Of a stretch of 64,000 bases of DNA, positions 1 through 13,751 are shown one piece after another. The stretch spans positions 29,946,001-30,010,000 of the forward strand of contig OZ024742.1 in the NCBI GenBank assembly GCA_964016885.1. Direction: 5' to 3'. The position numbers and the translations under genes are program-made. The notes under the pieces were generated by a model, which was given only the letters and a program-made list of their open reading frames with translations, was not told the origin of the DNA and did not search any database. This DNA comes from Eledone cirrhosa (taxonomy: Eukaryota). The number at the start of each line of letters is the position of its first letter. The first letter of the stretch is position 1.

Positions 1-888
1 TAGTTCCTTACTGTAACCTATCGAACTTACTTTAATCTCTCTCTTTAGAGATACCCACCACCTGCTGTTGACGATCACTCCCGTCAACCGCATCTTAACT
101 AAGCTACTAATCCGGTTCCTGTAAGCTTCCTTTGCCGGCAAGGACAAGTTCATCTTCCAGTAACCGGGACCCTGTCTATGCGTTCTATCAAGGTTGACCA
201 CGCAGGTCACTAATTTGTGATCTGAATAGCCAACCATGAGCAATTCTGGACAACTAAATACGTCCCTATCCTTACTCCTAACCAAAAACCTATCTAGGTA
301 CGATCTAGATTGACCACTGCGGTTTGCCCAGGTCCAGGTTGGCACAGTTGGAAAATCTAGTCGAAATCTATCGACCAGGTCGAATCGATGGAGTAACCCC
401 TTGAGGCTGCTACACCCCCCTCTATCGGGACATGCCCCTGCATAGTCCCAACGCGCATCTAGAAATCCATTCCAGTCGCCCACTAAAAGCAGGGAATGCG
501 ACGTTCCTAGAAAAGTCTCCAGACGCTGGAAGAAGTCGGCTCTTTCAGCCCCGAAGGGGGCATAAAGACCGACCAGTCTGAAAGCCCCGCCTTCACCGCC
601 TCCGACGTCCAGCACCAGTAATCGACCCCCTGGGTCCGAGTGAACAATCTGTACGTCGAGAGCCAGACGTTTATCCAGCAGTACGGCAACCCCACCCCCG
701 CCTCCGTGTTGACAGAGAGATGCGTGCATCTCAAAGTCATCGAAGGCGGGAGCCAGCTGTCGCACGCTGCTGATCCGACTCTCGCAAACAACCATCACAT
801 CTATACTTCGTGACCTGAGGTCACTTAGAAGCTTTGCTTGCTTCCAAGCTGAGCCCAGGCCACGCGCATTCAAACAGCCAACTCTCAA
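1..888 (-). pseudogene. ORF2 N-terminus (APE endonuclease) of copy A, frameshifted near 695, runs off the window
   Basis: Nucleotide match to 5730-6626; begins TTG AGA GTT GGC TGT (LRVGCLNARGL). Confidence 0.8.
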
Positions 889-893
889 TTGAT

Positions 894-2745
894 CTATTTT
901 GGTGTTGAAAGTGAAGAAAGAAAAGCACCTACCTCTCCGGGTTGTGTAATTTCCATGGGATCGGGTGTGTTGGGTGGAGGGATGTTTTGTGGTAGTGTGG
1001 GGGTATCCGAGTGTGGTGGGGTTGGGGTATTTGGAGTTGTGTCAGGGAGAGGGGAGGTTATGGGGAAATCTTTCAAGAGGACGCGATTCAACGGTTTTAA
1101 ACAGGGGGGGCTCACGTCCCGTCTAAATTGTTCTTTTAAGGAACGATAAAGGTCCAGAGGGACCTTTATCATTTTTAAATGGGTGAAGTTCTCTGTTGAG
1201 ATAAAGTTTGGCCCTTCGGTCTGCACCAAAGGGCTATTGTTTATTAATTTAAACAGTTTTTTTGTTTTCTTTATTTATATATGTGTATTGCAACGTCTTT
1301 TTTTGTGATGTTGTCAATGTTTCGAAGGGGGGAGGCGCAGATTTATTTTTGTTTGTCGAGGGTGGGGTGTTTTTGATTGGAGTTGGTGTTTGTGTGTGGG
1401 TTATTTGTTGTGGTGGTGTGCTGGGTGTGTGCTTTCGTTTTTTTCTTTTAACTTGTCTGAAGGCTTCTCCTCCTTCTTCTTCAGAAGTTGGGGGAAACTC
1501 TTCAGCGCTAGGTGGGAGGGACGTGGTGTCTGGTTGTTTTTTTTGCGGGAGGGGTATATTTGTTGCTGTTTTTTTTATTATTAGTTTGGAATGTGTTTTG
1601 TGGTGGTGGTGGTGGTGATGTTTGTGTCGTGCTTGTGGTTTGTGATGGTGGTGATGATGTTTTTGTTGTGGTTGGTGATGGTGGTGGTGATTTTTGTGTC
1701 GTGCTTGTGTTTGGTGCTGGTGGTGGTGATGTTTGTGTTGTGCTTGTGGTTGGTGGTGTCTGTATTTTGTTTGCTGTGTGTGGTATTAATGTATTTTTGG
1801 AGGTGGGTGGTGTTGGTGTACTGTTTGTGGTGGGTGTGGGCAATAGTCCTTTTTGGGGGATACGATTCTGGCAGTTAGCCTTAACGTGTCCCCTTTCCAT
1901 GCATGAATAGCATGCTGGTCTTCTCCCCTCTACAATTATATATATTGGGGTGAGGTCATCCAGCCAGATGCGATCCGGGATTTGCGCTATTCTATCGGGC
2001 CTCATTTGGACTAGTAGGTCGAGTCCCATTCCCAGGAACGCATCTCCAGATGCCTTCCCCATTGACAGCACTGTGTCCTCGCCCATGTCTATGAAGCCAG
2101 CAATAGCCCACCAGAAGTCCATTGTGGGCAGCATTGTCTGTATTTTGACTCTCTGAGTTCTTCTACCCATGTAGGAGGGATAGAAACTGTATGCTGTTGA
2201 TGAGAGTGGGCTTAGGGAAAGCCTCTGTGCTGTTTCCTTGTCTTTTGTTAAAACAGAAATGCTGCCATAGAGTCGGTCCTTTTATATGAAGAGAATATTC
2301 TTCATATAGTCTTTTAGGACCAACTCTATCTCCATTTGGCTGGGCTGTGCTGGCTTTCTCGTGTGGTTTAGAATTGTTCTAAACAGAACAGTGTTTTCTA
2401 GTCTCGTTTTCTTGAATTCTGGGGGAGAATTAATGGAAAACATTCCGTTCTCCCCCAAGACTATGTGCTTTTTTTGCTTCTGCCAGTTTCTCTCTGGCGG
2501 CAGTTAAGTCAATAGGTGTATATATTTTAGATTTTTTTGTTGTCTGGGCGAAAGTTGCCTTGTTGTTTTTTGTATTCTTATTTTCTGTTTGTTTGTTTTC
2601 CGTTTGCTCATTTTCCGTAACATTTGTTTTTTTCATTTTCCTTGTTTGTTTCGTTGTCTAGTTTTGTTGTATCCATTTTTTGTTCTTCAGACTTGGGGGG
2701 CGTGGCAGAGCTAATGGCAGACATGCCTGCCATCTTTCCCGCCAT
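894..2745 (-). pseudogene. ORF1 (gag-like, CCHC zinc knuckle, Pro/Thr-rich) of copy A, broken into several frames
   Basis: ORF pieces 2430-2636, 1508-2170 and 894-1229 match copy B ORF1; ATG at 2745. Confidence 0.8.
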
Positions 2746-3190
2746 GCGTCCAAGAAAGAAGTTTTACAGAAAAATAGTTATTTATTTTACCCCCTAAAAA
2801 GGGGGTAAATGTAAAAATGTTTCTCTAAATAACAGGGGTAAGTGTTCCAAATGTGTTGCACTGAAAAAATTCACTGGTACTTACTATAGTAAGGGTAAAT
2901 TCCGATAGAATAGCAGAGCCGATGTGAAGCATGTCTCACTCTATCAAGATAGATAGATAAATTTCTATTTATTTGCCACGAGGGCACAAAAGAAGGGGAC
3001 ATTTACACAGTGGGGGAGTTTACATAAATCGAGTAAAGAAAAAAGGAATAACAATAATAATATAACAATAAAAGTCCTCAAAAGGGAGGGGGCGTGTTGG
3101 GGATTGCACATACCCCCGAAAAGTGTGCAACTCTTTTCGCGGGGGAAGCCCAGAGAGGAGGCGCTCCCCCTTTCCTCTTCACTTCTTCAC

Positions 3191-6100
3191 CTACAGAACA
3201 ATGTAGAGAGAAGGCCCATTTACACGGGCCATTCTCGCTTCTTTCACCCACCTTTCATAAAACTGTCTGGGACCAAGCACTTCTCTCTCCATCCTGATTC
3301 TTCTTCCGAAGTGGTATCGGAAGAAGTAAACCAGGTGATGGCCGGAGAGAAAGTCACCCGACCTCAGACCTTTCAGGCGCGTCCACCACACAACCTCTTT
3401 CATCATGGCTATTACGCACAGAAAGACCGCCTCTGCTTCATTTCTGAAGGGAGGAGGCGGCTTGATGTTCACCACAGACTCGGCGGTTAATCGAATCGGC
3501 GCCACACGCGACAGCAGTCGTTCGACGTAGCCCCACAGATCGGCAACGCCCGGGCAGTGTACCAGTGCATGCGCAACGGTTTCCTCGTCGCGCACACATC
3601 TGGGACAGATCTTTTTCGCGGGATCCCTGCCCGGGCGCCCGTGTCTGTAGAGCTTTTCTCGAACGGGCAGAGCCCCCCGGTAACACTGCCAGGCTAGGGA
3701 CCTCTGGAAGTTGTCCATGGGTCCCGGGCCGAAAGTTCTACCGAACAGGCTGGCCAGTTCGTCCTCCTCCATGCCTAGCGACTCTCCAAGGGTGTCGTCG
3801 CCCCTGCTAGCCACCAACCCTCTATAGAATGTCGAGGTGGATTCTCCACTGACAGTCGGGTCCGCTTGCCAAATAGCCGTGAGCGCCTGGGCACACTCGG
3901 TGTGCCAGTTGCCCAGTTTTCTCGGTCTTTGCTTCACCCAGGATTGCAGTTCGGTGAGCGAGACGAGCTGTGGGAAGGCTCGCCTCACAAACGGGGCCCA
4001 CACCGGCTGACCGTTGAGGAATACCTGTAGATGCCGTAGCCTCAATGCGTGCCTACGCATCAACAGCCACGGCATACCCAGCCCTCCTTTCGAAGGGTGC
4101 TGGCAGCAGATGGATCTCCTCACCATGGGAGGCCGCTTCTTCCAGAGGAACTGGAAGAGCATGCGTTCCATGATGGTCAGCTTTTCCTTGGGGCAAGGCA
4201 CGACGGTCAGGCGGTAGTAGATGACGGACGCTATGTAAGCGTTCGTCACCTCCGCCCGACCTTTCAGTGATAGTTTGCACTTGGCCCACTTCTGGGTCAG
4301 CGCAAACACCCTGCTCGTCACCTCGCCCCAATTCTTCTCCACCTGGAGGTCCGGTCCGAACCAGACCCCGAGCAGCTTCACCGGGCCCTCCGTCCACCGC
4401 CCGACGACACCGTCTAACGGCATCGGTTTGCCCCTCCACGTTCCGAGTTGCAAACCGACTGACTTGTCCTGGTTCAGCTTAGCCCCCGTCAGCCTTTCGT
4501 ATTCCTCCAGTAGGGTGGCGATCGCCCCGATTTCCGAGGCGTCCGCCACCATTACTGTTACGTCGTCGGCATAGGCCGAGACCGCTTTGTGCAATCCCGG
4601 TTCCAGGGGTATGCCCCGCAGCAACTCCAACTTCCGCAGCAGTGGCTCGAGAGTCAATACGTACAGAAGGGAGGAGAGGGGGAACCCCTGTCTGATGGAT
4701 CGGGTGATTTGAAACGGCTCCGAGAGGTAGCCGTTTACTTTAATCCTAGAGTAGATGTTGCCACTGTGCATGGCAGAAATCCAGCCCCTGAAAACGGGTC
4801 CGAAGCCCGCCGCCGCTAGCACCGCATCCAGGTAACCATGGTCGACCCTATCGAACGCCTTAGATTGATCCAAGTTGATCAGGGCCCCACCAAAGCCGGG
4901 TTCGTAGCCAACCCTCTCTATGATGTATCGCATGAGGTGGAGGTTGTCGTGAATGGACCTGGACGGGATAGCGCATGTCTGCGCGTCTCCCACCAAACCA
5001 CCCACCACAAGCGCCAACCTCTTCGCCAACACCTTGGCCAAAATCTGTAACTCTGCATTCAGCAGAGTTATGGGCCTAAAGTTACTTAAGTCGTCCCCCT
5101 TGCTCTCGTCCTTCCTCACTAACGTGACCACGCCCTTGGTCACAGAACAGGGAATTCTCCCGTTCTGTTGCCAGTTGCAATAGACAGCCTCGAGGAGTTC
5201 GGAGAACAAGACCGGCATAGCTAAATAAAGTTCGTATGGTAGACCATCGAGACCCGGGGATTTGCGTCTGCTGCATTGGCTGAGCGCTTCCCCGATTTCA
5301 GTGGCTGTGATTGGCCTTTCGCAGCACTCCGCTTCGCCGCTCGAAAGACGCGGTAGACCGTCGAGGTATGGACCGAAGTCCACATCCCCGTCCGGCCCCC
5401 CGCCACCTCCGAACAGTCGAGCAAAGTGCCTTTGAAAGGTCTCGCACATTCGCTCAGGTTCAAGGATCACCCGTCCATCCTGGTCTCGCAAAGACCGAAT
5501 GGTGGATTTAATCCCACTCTTGGCTTCTGTCACGCGGGCCCAGCTAACAGCTTTGGTCCGCTCGTTTCCTAAAGCACGCATTTTACTTCGGACAACGCAG
5601 CCTTCGTGCTTCGCGTCAAAGAACTGGCTCAATGCCGTTCTCGTCGCTAACACTCTGGCTACGTCTCCGCTCCTAATCGCCTCTTCTAGTTTATTTGTTA
5701 ACTCCCTTTCCCTCCTATTTCTATTCGCCGCTAGTTCCTTACTGTAACCTATCGAACTTACTCTAATCTCTCTCTTTAGAGATATCCACCACCTACTGTT
5801 GACGATCGCTCCCGTCAACCGCATCTTAACTAAGCTACTAATCCGGTTTCTGTAATCTTTCTTTGTCGGTAAGGACAAGTTCATCTTCCAGTAACCGGGA
5901 CCCTGTCTATGCGTTCTATCAAGGTTGACCACGCAGGTCACTAATTTGTGATCTGAATAGCCAACCATGATCAGTTCTGGACAACTAAATACGTCCCTAT
6001 CCTTACTCCTAACCAAAAACCTATCTAGGTACGATCTAGATTGTCCACTGCGGTTTGCCCAGGTCCAGGTTGGCGCAGTTGGACAATCTAGTCGAAATCT

Positions 6101-6626
6101 ATCGACCAGGTCGAATCGATCGAGTAACCCCTTGAGGCTGCTACACCCCCCTCTATCGGGACATGCCCCTGCATAGTCCCAACGCGCATCTAGGATTCCA
6201 TTCCAGTCCCCCACTAAAAGCAGGGAACGCGACGTTCCTAGAAAAGTCTCCAGACGCTGGAAGAAGTCGGCTCTTTCCGCCCCGAAGGGAGCATAAAGAC
6301 CGACCAGTCTGAAAGCCCCGCTTTCACCGCCTCCGACGTCCAGCACCAGTAATCGACCCCCCGGGTCCGAGTGAACAATCTGTACGTCGAGAGTCAGACG
6401 TTTATCCAGCAGTACGGCAAATCCCCCCCCCCCCCCCGCCTCCGGGTTGACAGAGAGATGCGTGCATCTCAAAGTCATCGAAGGCGGGCGCCAGCTGTCT
6501 CACGCTGCTGATCCGACTCTCGCAAACAACCATCACATCTATACTTTGTGACCTGAGGTCACTTAGAAGCTTTGCTTGCTTCCAAGCTGAGCCCAGGCCA
6601 CGCGCGTTCAAACAGCCAACTCTCAA
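3191..6626 (-). CDS. ORF2: APE endonuclease, reverse transcriptase and C-terminal CCHC zinc finger (one frameshift at the C-run near 6423-6438)
   Basis: APE motifs VGCLNARG, VCES, VGDWN, YLDR, SDHK; RT motifs SPGLDG, FRPITLLN, DQSKAFDRV, RQGFPLS, YADD; zinc finger CPRC-x8-H-x4-C. Confidence 0.9.
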
Positions 6627-6631
6627 TTGAT

Positions 6632-8473
6632 CTATTTTGGTGTTGAAAGTGAAGAAAGAAAAGCACTTACCTCTCCGGGTTGCGTAATTTCCATGGCATC
6701 AGGTGTGTTGGGTGGAGGGATGTTTTGTGGTGGTGTGGGGGTACACGTGTGTGGTGGGGTTGGGGTATTTGGAGTTGTGTCAGGAAGAGGGGCGGTTATG
6801 GGGAAATCTTTCAAGAGGACGCGATTCAACGGTTTTAAACAGGGGGGGGGGGCTCACGTCCCGTCTAAATTGTTCTTTTAAGGAACGATAAAGGTCCAGA
6901 GGGACCTTTATCATTTTTAAATGGGTGAAGTTCTCTGTTGAGATAAAGTTTGGCCCTTCGGTCTGCACCATAGGGTTATTGTTTATTAATTTAACCAGTT
7001 TTTTGTTTTCTTTATTTATATATGTGTATTGCAACGTCTTTTTTTGTGATGCTGTCAATGTTTCGGAGAGGGGAGGCGCAGATTTATTTTTGTTTGTTGA
7101 GGGTGGGGTGTTTTTGATTGGAGTTGGTGTTTGTGTGTGGGTTATTTGTGGTGTGCTGGGTGTGTGTTTTCTTTTTTTTCTTTTAACTTGTCTGAAGGCT
7201 TCTCCTCCTTCTTCTTCAGAAGTTGGGGGAAACTCTTCAGCGCTAGGTGGGAGGGACGTGTTGTGTGGTTGTTTTTTTTTTGCGGGAGGGGTAGATTTGT
7301 TACTGTTTTTTTTATTATTTGTTTGGAATGGGTTTTGTGGTGGTGGTGGTGGTAATGTTTGTGTCGTGCTTGTGGTTGGTGATGGTGGTGGTGATGTTTG
7401 TGTTGTGGTTGGTGGTGGTGATTTTTGTGTCGTGCTTGTGTTTGGTGCTGGTGGTGGTGATGTTTGTGTTGTGTTTGTGGTTGGTGGTGTCTGTATTTTG
7501 TTTGCTGTGTGTGGTGTTAGTGTATTTTTGGAGGTGGGTGGTGCTGGTGTACTGTTTGTGGTGGGTGTGGGCAATAGTCCTTTTTGGGGGATACGTTTCG
7601 GGCAGTTAGCCTTAACGTGTCCCCTTTCCATGCATAAATAGCATGCTGGTCTTCTCCCCTCTACAATTATGTCTATTGGGGTAAGGTCATCCAGCCAGAT
7701 GCGATCCGGGATTTGTGCTATTCTTTCGGGCCTCATTTGGACTAGTATGTCGAGGCCCATTCCCAGGAACGCATCTCCAGTTGCCTTCCCCATTGACAGC
7801 ATAGTGTCTTCGCCCATATCAATGAAGCCAGCAATAGCCCACCAGAAGTCCATTGTGGGCAGCATTGTTTTTACTTTTACTCTCTGTGTTCTTCTACCCA
7901 TGTAGGAGGGATAGAAGCTATATATTGTCGACGAGAGTGGGCTTAGGGAAAGCTTCTCCGCCGTTTCTTTGTCTCTTGTTAGGACCGAAATGCTGCCATA
8001 GAGTCGGTCCTTTCGTATGAAGAGAATATTCTTCATATAGTCTTTTAGGACTAACTCTATTTCCATTTGGCTGGGCTGTGCTGGCTTTCTTGTCTGGTTC
8101 AGTATAGTTCTGTATAGAACTGTGTTTTCTGCTCTGGCTTTCTTGAATTCTGGGGGGGGGAGTTAATGGAAAACATTCCGTTCTCCCCCAAAACAATGTG
8201 TTTCTTTGCTTCGGCCAGTTTTTCTCTGGCGGCAGTTAGGTCAATTGGTGTGTATGTAATGGATTGTTTTGTTTTCTGGGCGAAAGTTGCCCTGTCGTTA
8301 TTTGTATTATTTTCTGTTTGTTTGTTTTCTGTTTGCTCATTTTCCTTAACATTTGTTTTTTCATTTTGTTTGTTTGTTTCAATGTCTAATTTTGTTGTAA
8401 TTATTTTTTGTTCTTCAGACTTGGGGGGCGTGGCAGAGCTAATGGCAGACATGTCTGCCATCTTTTCCGCCAT
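6632..8473 (-). CDS. ORF1 gag-like nucleic-acid-binding protein (frameshifts at G-runs near 8152-8160 and 6842-6852)
   Basis: ORF pieces 8099-8500, 6780-8066 and 6632-6829; CYLCMERGHVKANC knuckle, Pro/Thr-rich linker, basic KRKKRK patch. Confidence 0.82.
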
Positions 8474-8674
8474 GCTGCCAAGAAAGAAATTGTTCGGCAA
8501 AAATAGATATTTATTTTACCCCCTAAAAAGGGGGTAAATGCAAAAATGTTTCCCTAAATAACAGGGGTTAGTGTTCCAAATGTGTTGCACTAAAAAATTT
8601 ATCCGGTACTTACAATAGTAAGGGTAAATCCCGATGGAATAGCGGAGCCGATGCGAAGCGTGTCTTACTCTATC

Positions 8675-8676
<2 letters not shown>

Positions 8677-8750
<74 letters not shown>
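8677..8750. repeat. (GATA)n microsatellite flanking the 5' end of copy B
   Basis: Direct reading. Confidence 0.97.
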
Positions 8751-8752
<2 letters not shown>

Positions 8753-8971
8753 TGTAGAGAGGTAGAGAGGGTGATGTGTGTGTGTTTCTGTATGTGTGTG
8801 CGAGTGTGTATATGCTTCTGTATGTGTCCGTCTGTGTGAGAGAGAGTGAGTATATATATATATATACAAATGTGAGTGAAATCTTTGTAGTTGCGGCGTT
8901 CGGCTCACATCTCCTGAGTTTAACTTCTATACAAAGGGAACTCCTTCAATCATGGTTTACAGTATTGGCTA

Positions 8972-9222
8972 TATTATGACCTATATTATAACCTATATCA
9001 TGAACTATACTATGACCTATATTATACCCTATATTTTGACCTATATTATGACCTATTTTATTACCTATATTATGACCTATATTATACCTTATGTTATGAC
9101 ATACATTATATCATATATTTTTCCTAATATTATGAACTGTGTTATGACCTATATAATGACCTATATTATAACCTATATTATGACCTATATCATGACTTAT
9201 GTTCTGACCGCTATTACCCTAT
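8972..9222. repeat. Degenerate 12-bp minisatellite (ATGACCTATATT)
   Basis: About 20 imperfect units visible. Confidence 0.85.
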
Positions 9223-9304
9223 AATACATATATACAATCTGATGGTCGGCGCCATTTTGATACAATTATCTTAGACAACGATACTATGGCATAGAAGAGA
9301 AAAC

Positions 9305-9567
9305 CAGTGAATATTGGTTTCTGATTTAGGCACAAGGCCAACAATTGGTGGGGGGCGGACTCGATTAAATCTACTCCAGTGCGTTATTGGTCCTTTATTT
9401 TATCGACCTCTTAAAGATGACAAGCAAAGCTAGCCTCAGCGGAATTTGAACTCAGACCGTAAAGGGCCGTAACTCTGTGTTGCAACGCATGGCGTCCGAC
9501 CCTCTACCGGTATTGGCCGTAACTCTGCCGCAAACTACGACGCTCTACCGATACTGCCAATCCACTT
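9305..9567 (-). mobile_element. tRNA-derived SINE with Deu/Nin-like core, duplicated head
   Basis: Reverse complement gives TGGCAGTATCGGT (A-box-like), GAGTTCAAATTCC (B-box) and core GTCGATAAAATAAAG; matches copies at 27.7-28.8 kb. Confidence 0.78.
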
Positions 9568-9795
9568 CCCTAAAACCACACTCCCTCTCTGTCTCACACA
9601 CACAGATCATGATGATGATAATGATGATGATGGTGGTGGTGGTGGTGGTGGTGGTGGTGGTGTTGATGATGATGATGGATACTTAAAAGATAAAAACAAA
9701 CCAACCAATCAACACTTCCAATACGATCTAATCTAGCTAAATGGTCGCCATTTTAACTCAGTTTCTATACTCTTCTTCCTCCAGCATCACTACCA

Positions 9796-12240
<2,445 letters not shown>

Positions 12241-12385
12241 AGTATCTCCATCAAATTCTTTATCGACAGAACTTCTAAGAACTTTTAAGAAGTCTTGTTG
12301 TCTTGATAAATCAGACAGAACTGGTAAGCTAATAACATTGATAGGCCTACTAACAAATTGTTAAGGCTCTCTACTGTACATTATG

Positions 12386-12460
12386 TAGAAGCGCGTGGCC
12401 TATTGGTAAGGGTGTTGGACTTACAATCCTAATGTCATGTGTTCTATTCCTGGGGTGGGT
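12386..12460 (+). mobile_element. Decayed tRNA-like SINE head
   Basis: GCGTGGCCTATTGGTAAGG (A-box-like) and GTTCTATTCC (B-box-like). Confidence 0.4.
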
Positions 12461-12562
12461 TACTTGTTGTGTGTTTTATAGTTTTGACACCTATGTGCAT
12501 GGGCTGATTAACCTCATTTGCATATAGAGCTATCGGCTGGCTCAACCGGAAAATAGAATTGA

Positions 12563-12857
12563 GGTGTTTGCTCTAACATAGCTATATATATATATATATA
12601 AGTATGCGTATAACATAGCTGTATACATATAAATGTGCGTATTTTGCATACCTAGCGATATACGGTATATTTACGAATAAATATTTTGAAAGCCTATATT
12701 GATTCTGCTAGAATCCGCTAGATGGCGATACGTTATCAGTTTCCTAATTCATAGCTGAAGGATTTCAAAATATGTATTCGTAAATATAACGTATATGATT
12801 AGATATACAAAACACGGATACTTATATGTATACAGTTATGCTAGAGCTAACACCTTA
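12563..12857. repeat. Imperfect fold-back element (MITE-like or pseudo-LTR inversion)
   Basis: 12563-12692 (split by a TA insert) is the approximate reverse complement of 12765-12857. Confidence 0.6.
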
Positions 12858-12924
12858 AATATATATATATGCGTTATGGTCCATCTAGTTCCTTACCACA
12901 TCTCCTTCGTTATATATATATATA

Positions 12925-13375
12925 TACGAATGTATATATAGTGTATTTTGCAATACATTGTATGCTTAATTAAAAGCATTTTGAAGACCATACGCTATTG
13001 TTTTAAAGTAGTGGCAATGTCACCTACTTACATTTTCAGCAAACAGGGGAGATAAGCTGACAGAGCTCTGTTTCGCACTTGTTGGTACTTATCAAAGCTC
13101 ACTACTCTTCCTGTTTGCTGAAAATTATGTGTGTTGGATTCTTATAGAATTCCAGTAATAATCAGGAACTGATTATACAGAACGGTCGCCGGTCCAGCAG
13201 AAAAGCAAAATTAGAATTGGTGCTCTGAAATAGCGATATATATATATGTATGTATATATGAATGTATATATATTGATGAAAATTTAAGTAGGTGACATTG
13301 TCACTACTTTAAAACAATAGCGTAAGGTCTTCAAAATGCTTTTAATTTAGCATACAGTGTATTGCAAAATACACT
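12925..13375 (-). mobile_element. PLE-type pseudo-LTR remnant with inverted terminal copy; related copy at 26790-27110 (+)
   Basis: 12940-13038 is inverted at 13277-13375; contains a hammerhead motif; flanked by (TA)n. Confidence 0.65.
13053..13101 (-). ncRNA. Type I hammerhead ribozyme, U3-A8 core variant
   Basis: Minus strand: UGAGCU-UUGAUAA-GUAC caacaa GUGC-GAAAC AGAGCUCU GU-C-AGCUUA; all three stems pair; GUC cleavage triplet. Confidence 0.8.
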
Positions 13376-13381
13376 CTTTTT

Positions 13382-13430
<49 letters not shown>

Positions 13431-13610
13431 AGGTGTGTGTATAAAGGTGTTCAAAGTTTGAAGACAGAAGAGAGTAGAAATGAGAGTAGTACTCGATGCT
13501 TAAAGAGTAGCAGAATAGTGGAAAGGTAGAGTCACAACAGTAATCCTGGCCATGTCAACATGGTGTTATCAAGTGTTGTCAAGGGAGTTAACTAAGCATA
13601 TTAACTTAAC

Positions 13611-13656
13611 TCCCACTGAGAACATCAAGATGAAACGGATGTACTCTCCGTTGGGG
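13611..13656 (+). ncRNA. Degenerate hammerhead-like motif
   Basis: UCCCA-CUGAGAA-CAUCAAGAU-GAAAC GGA..UCC GU-UGGGG; G8 changed to A and position 17 apparently missing. Confidence 0.35.
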
Positions 13657-13689
13657 CTACACTTTTTATGTACACACATGTGTGTGTGT

Positions 13690-13747
<58 letters not shown>

Positions 13748-13751
<4 letters not shown>

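Larger units (their letters stand above)
1..2946 (-). mobile_element. Tx1-like non-LTR retrotransposon copy A (5' half; 3' part outside the window)
   Basis: Colinear with copy B (about 5730-8676): same 5'UTR, ORF1 with CCHC knuckle CYSCMERGHVKANC, and start of APE endonuclease. 5' end abuts a short (GATA)n at 2948-2959. Confidence 0.9.
2960..8676 (-). mobile_element. Full-length Tx1-like non-LTR retrotransposon copy B
   Basis: 5'UTR (8474-8676), ORF1, ORF2 (APE-RT-zinc finger) and a 3'UTR ending CCCTCGTGGCAAATAAATAGAAATT+(TATC)n. Both ends lie in GATA/TATC repeat. Confidence 0.93.

Noticed and set aside
8474-8676. HDV-like ribozyme at the Tx1 5' ends
   Set aside because: I could not build the nested double pseudoknot by eye; a descriptor search would be needed.
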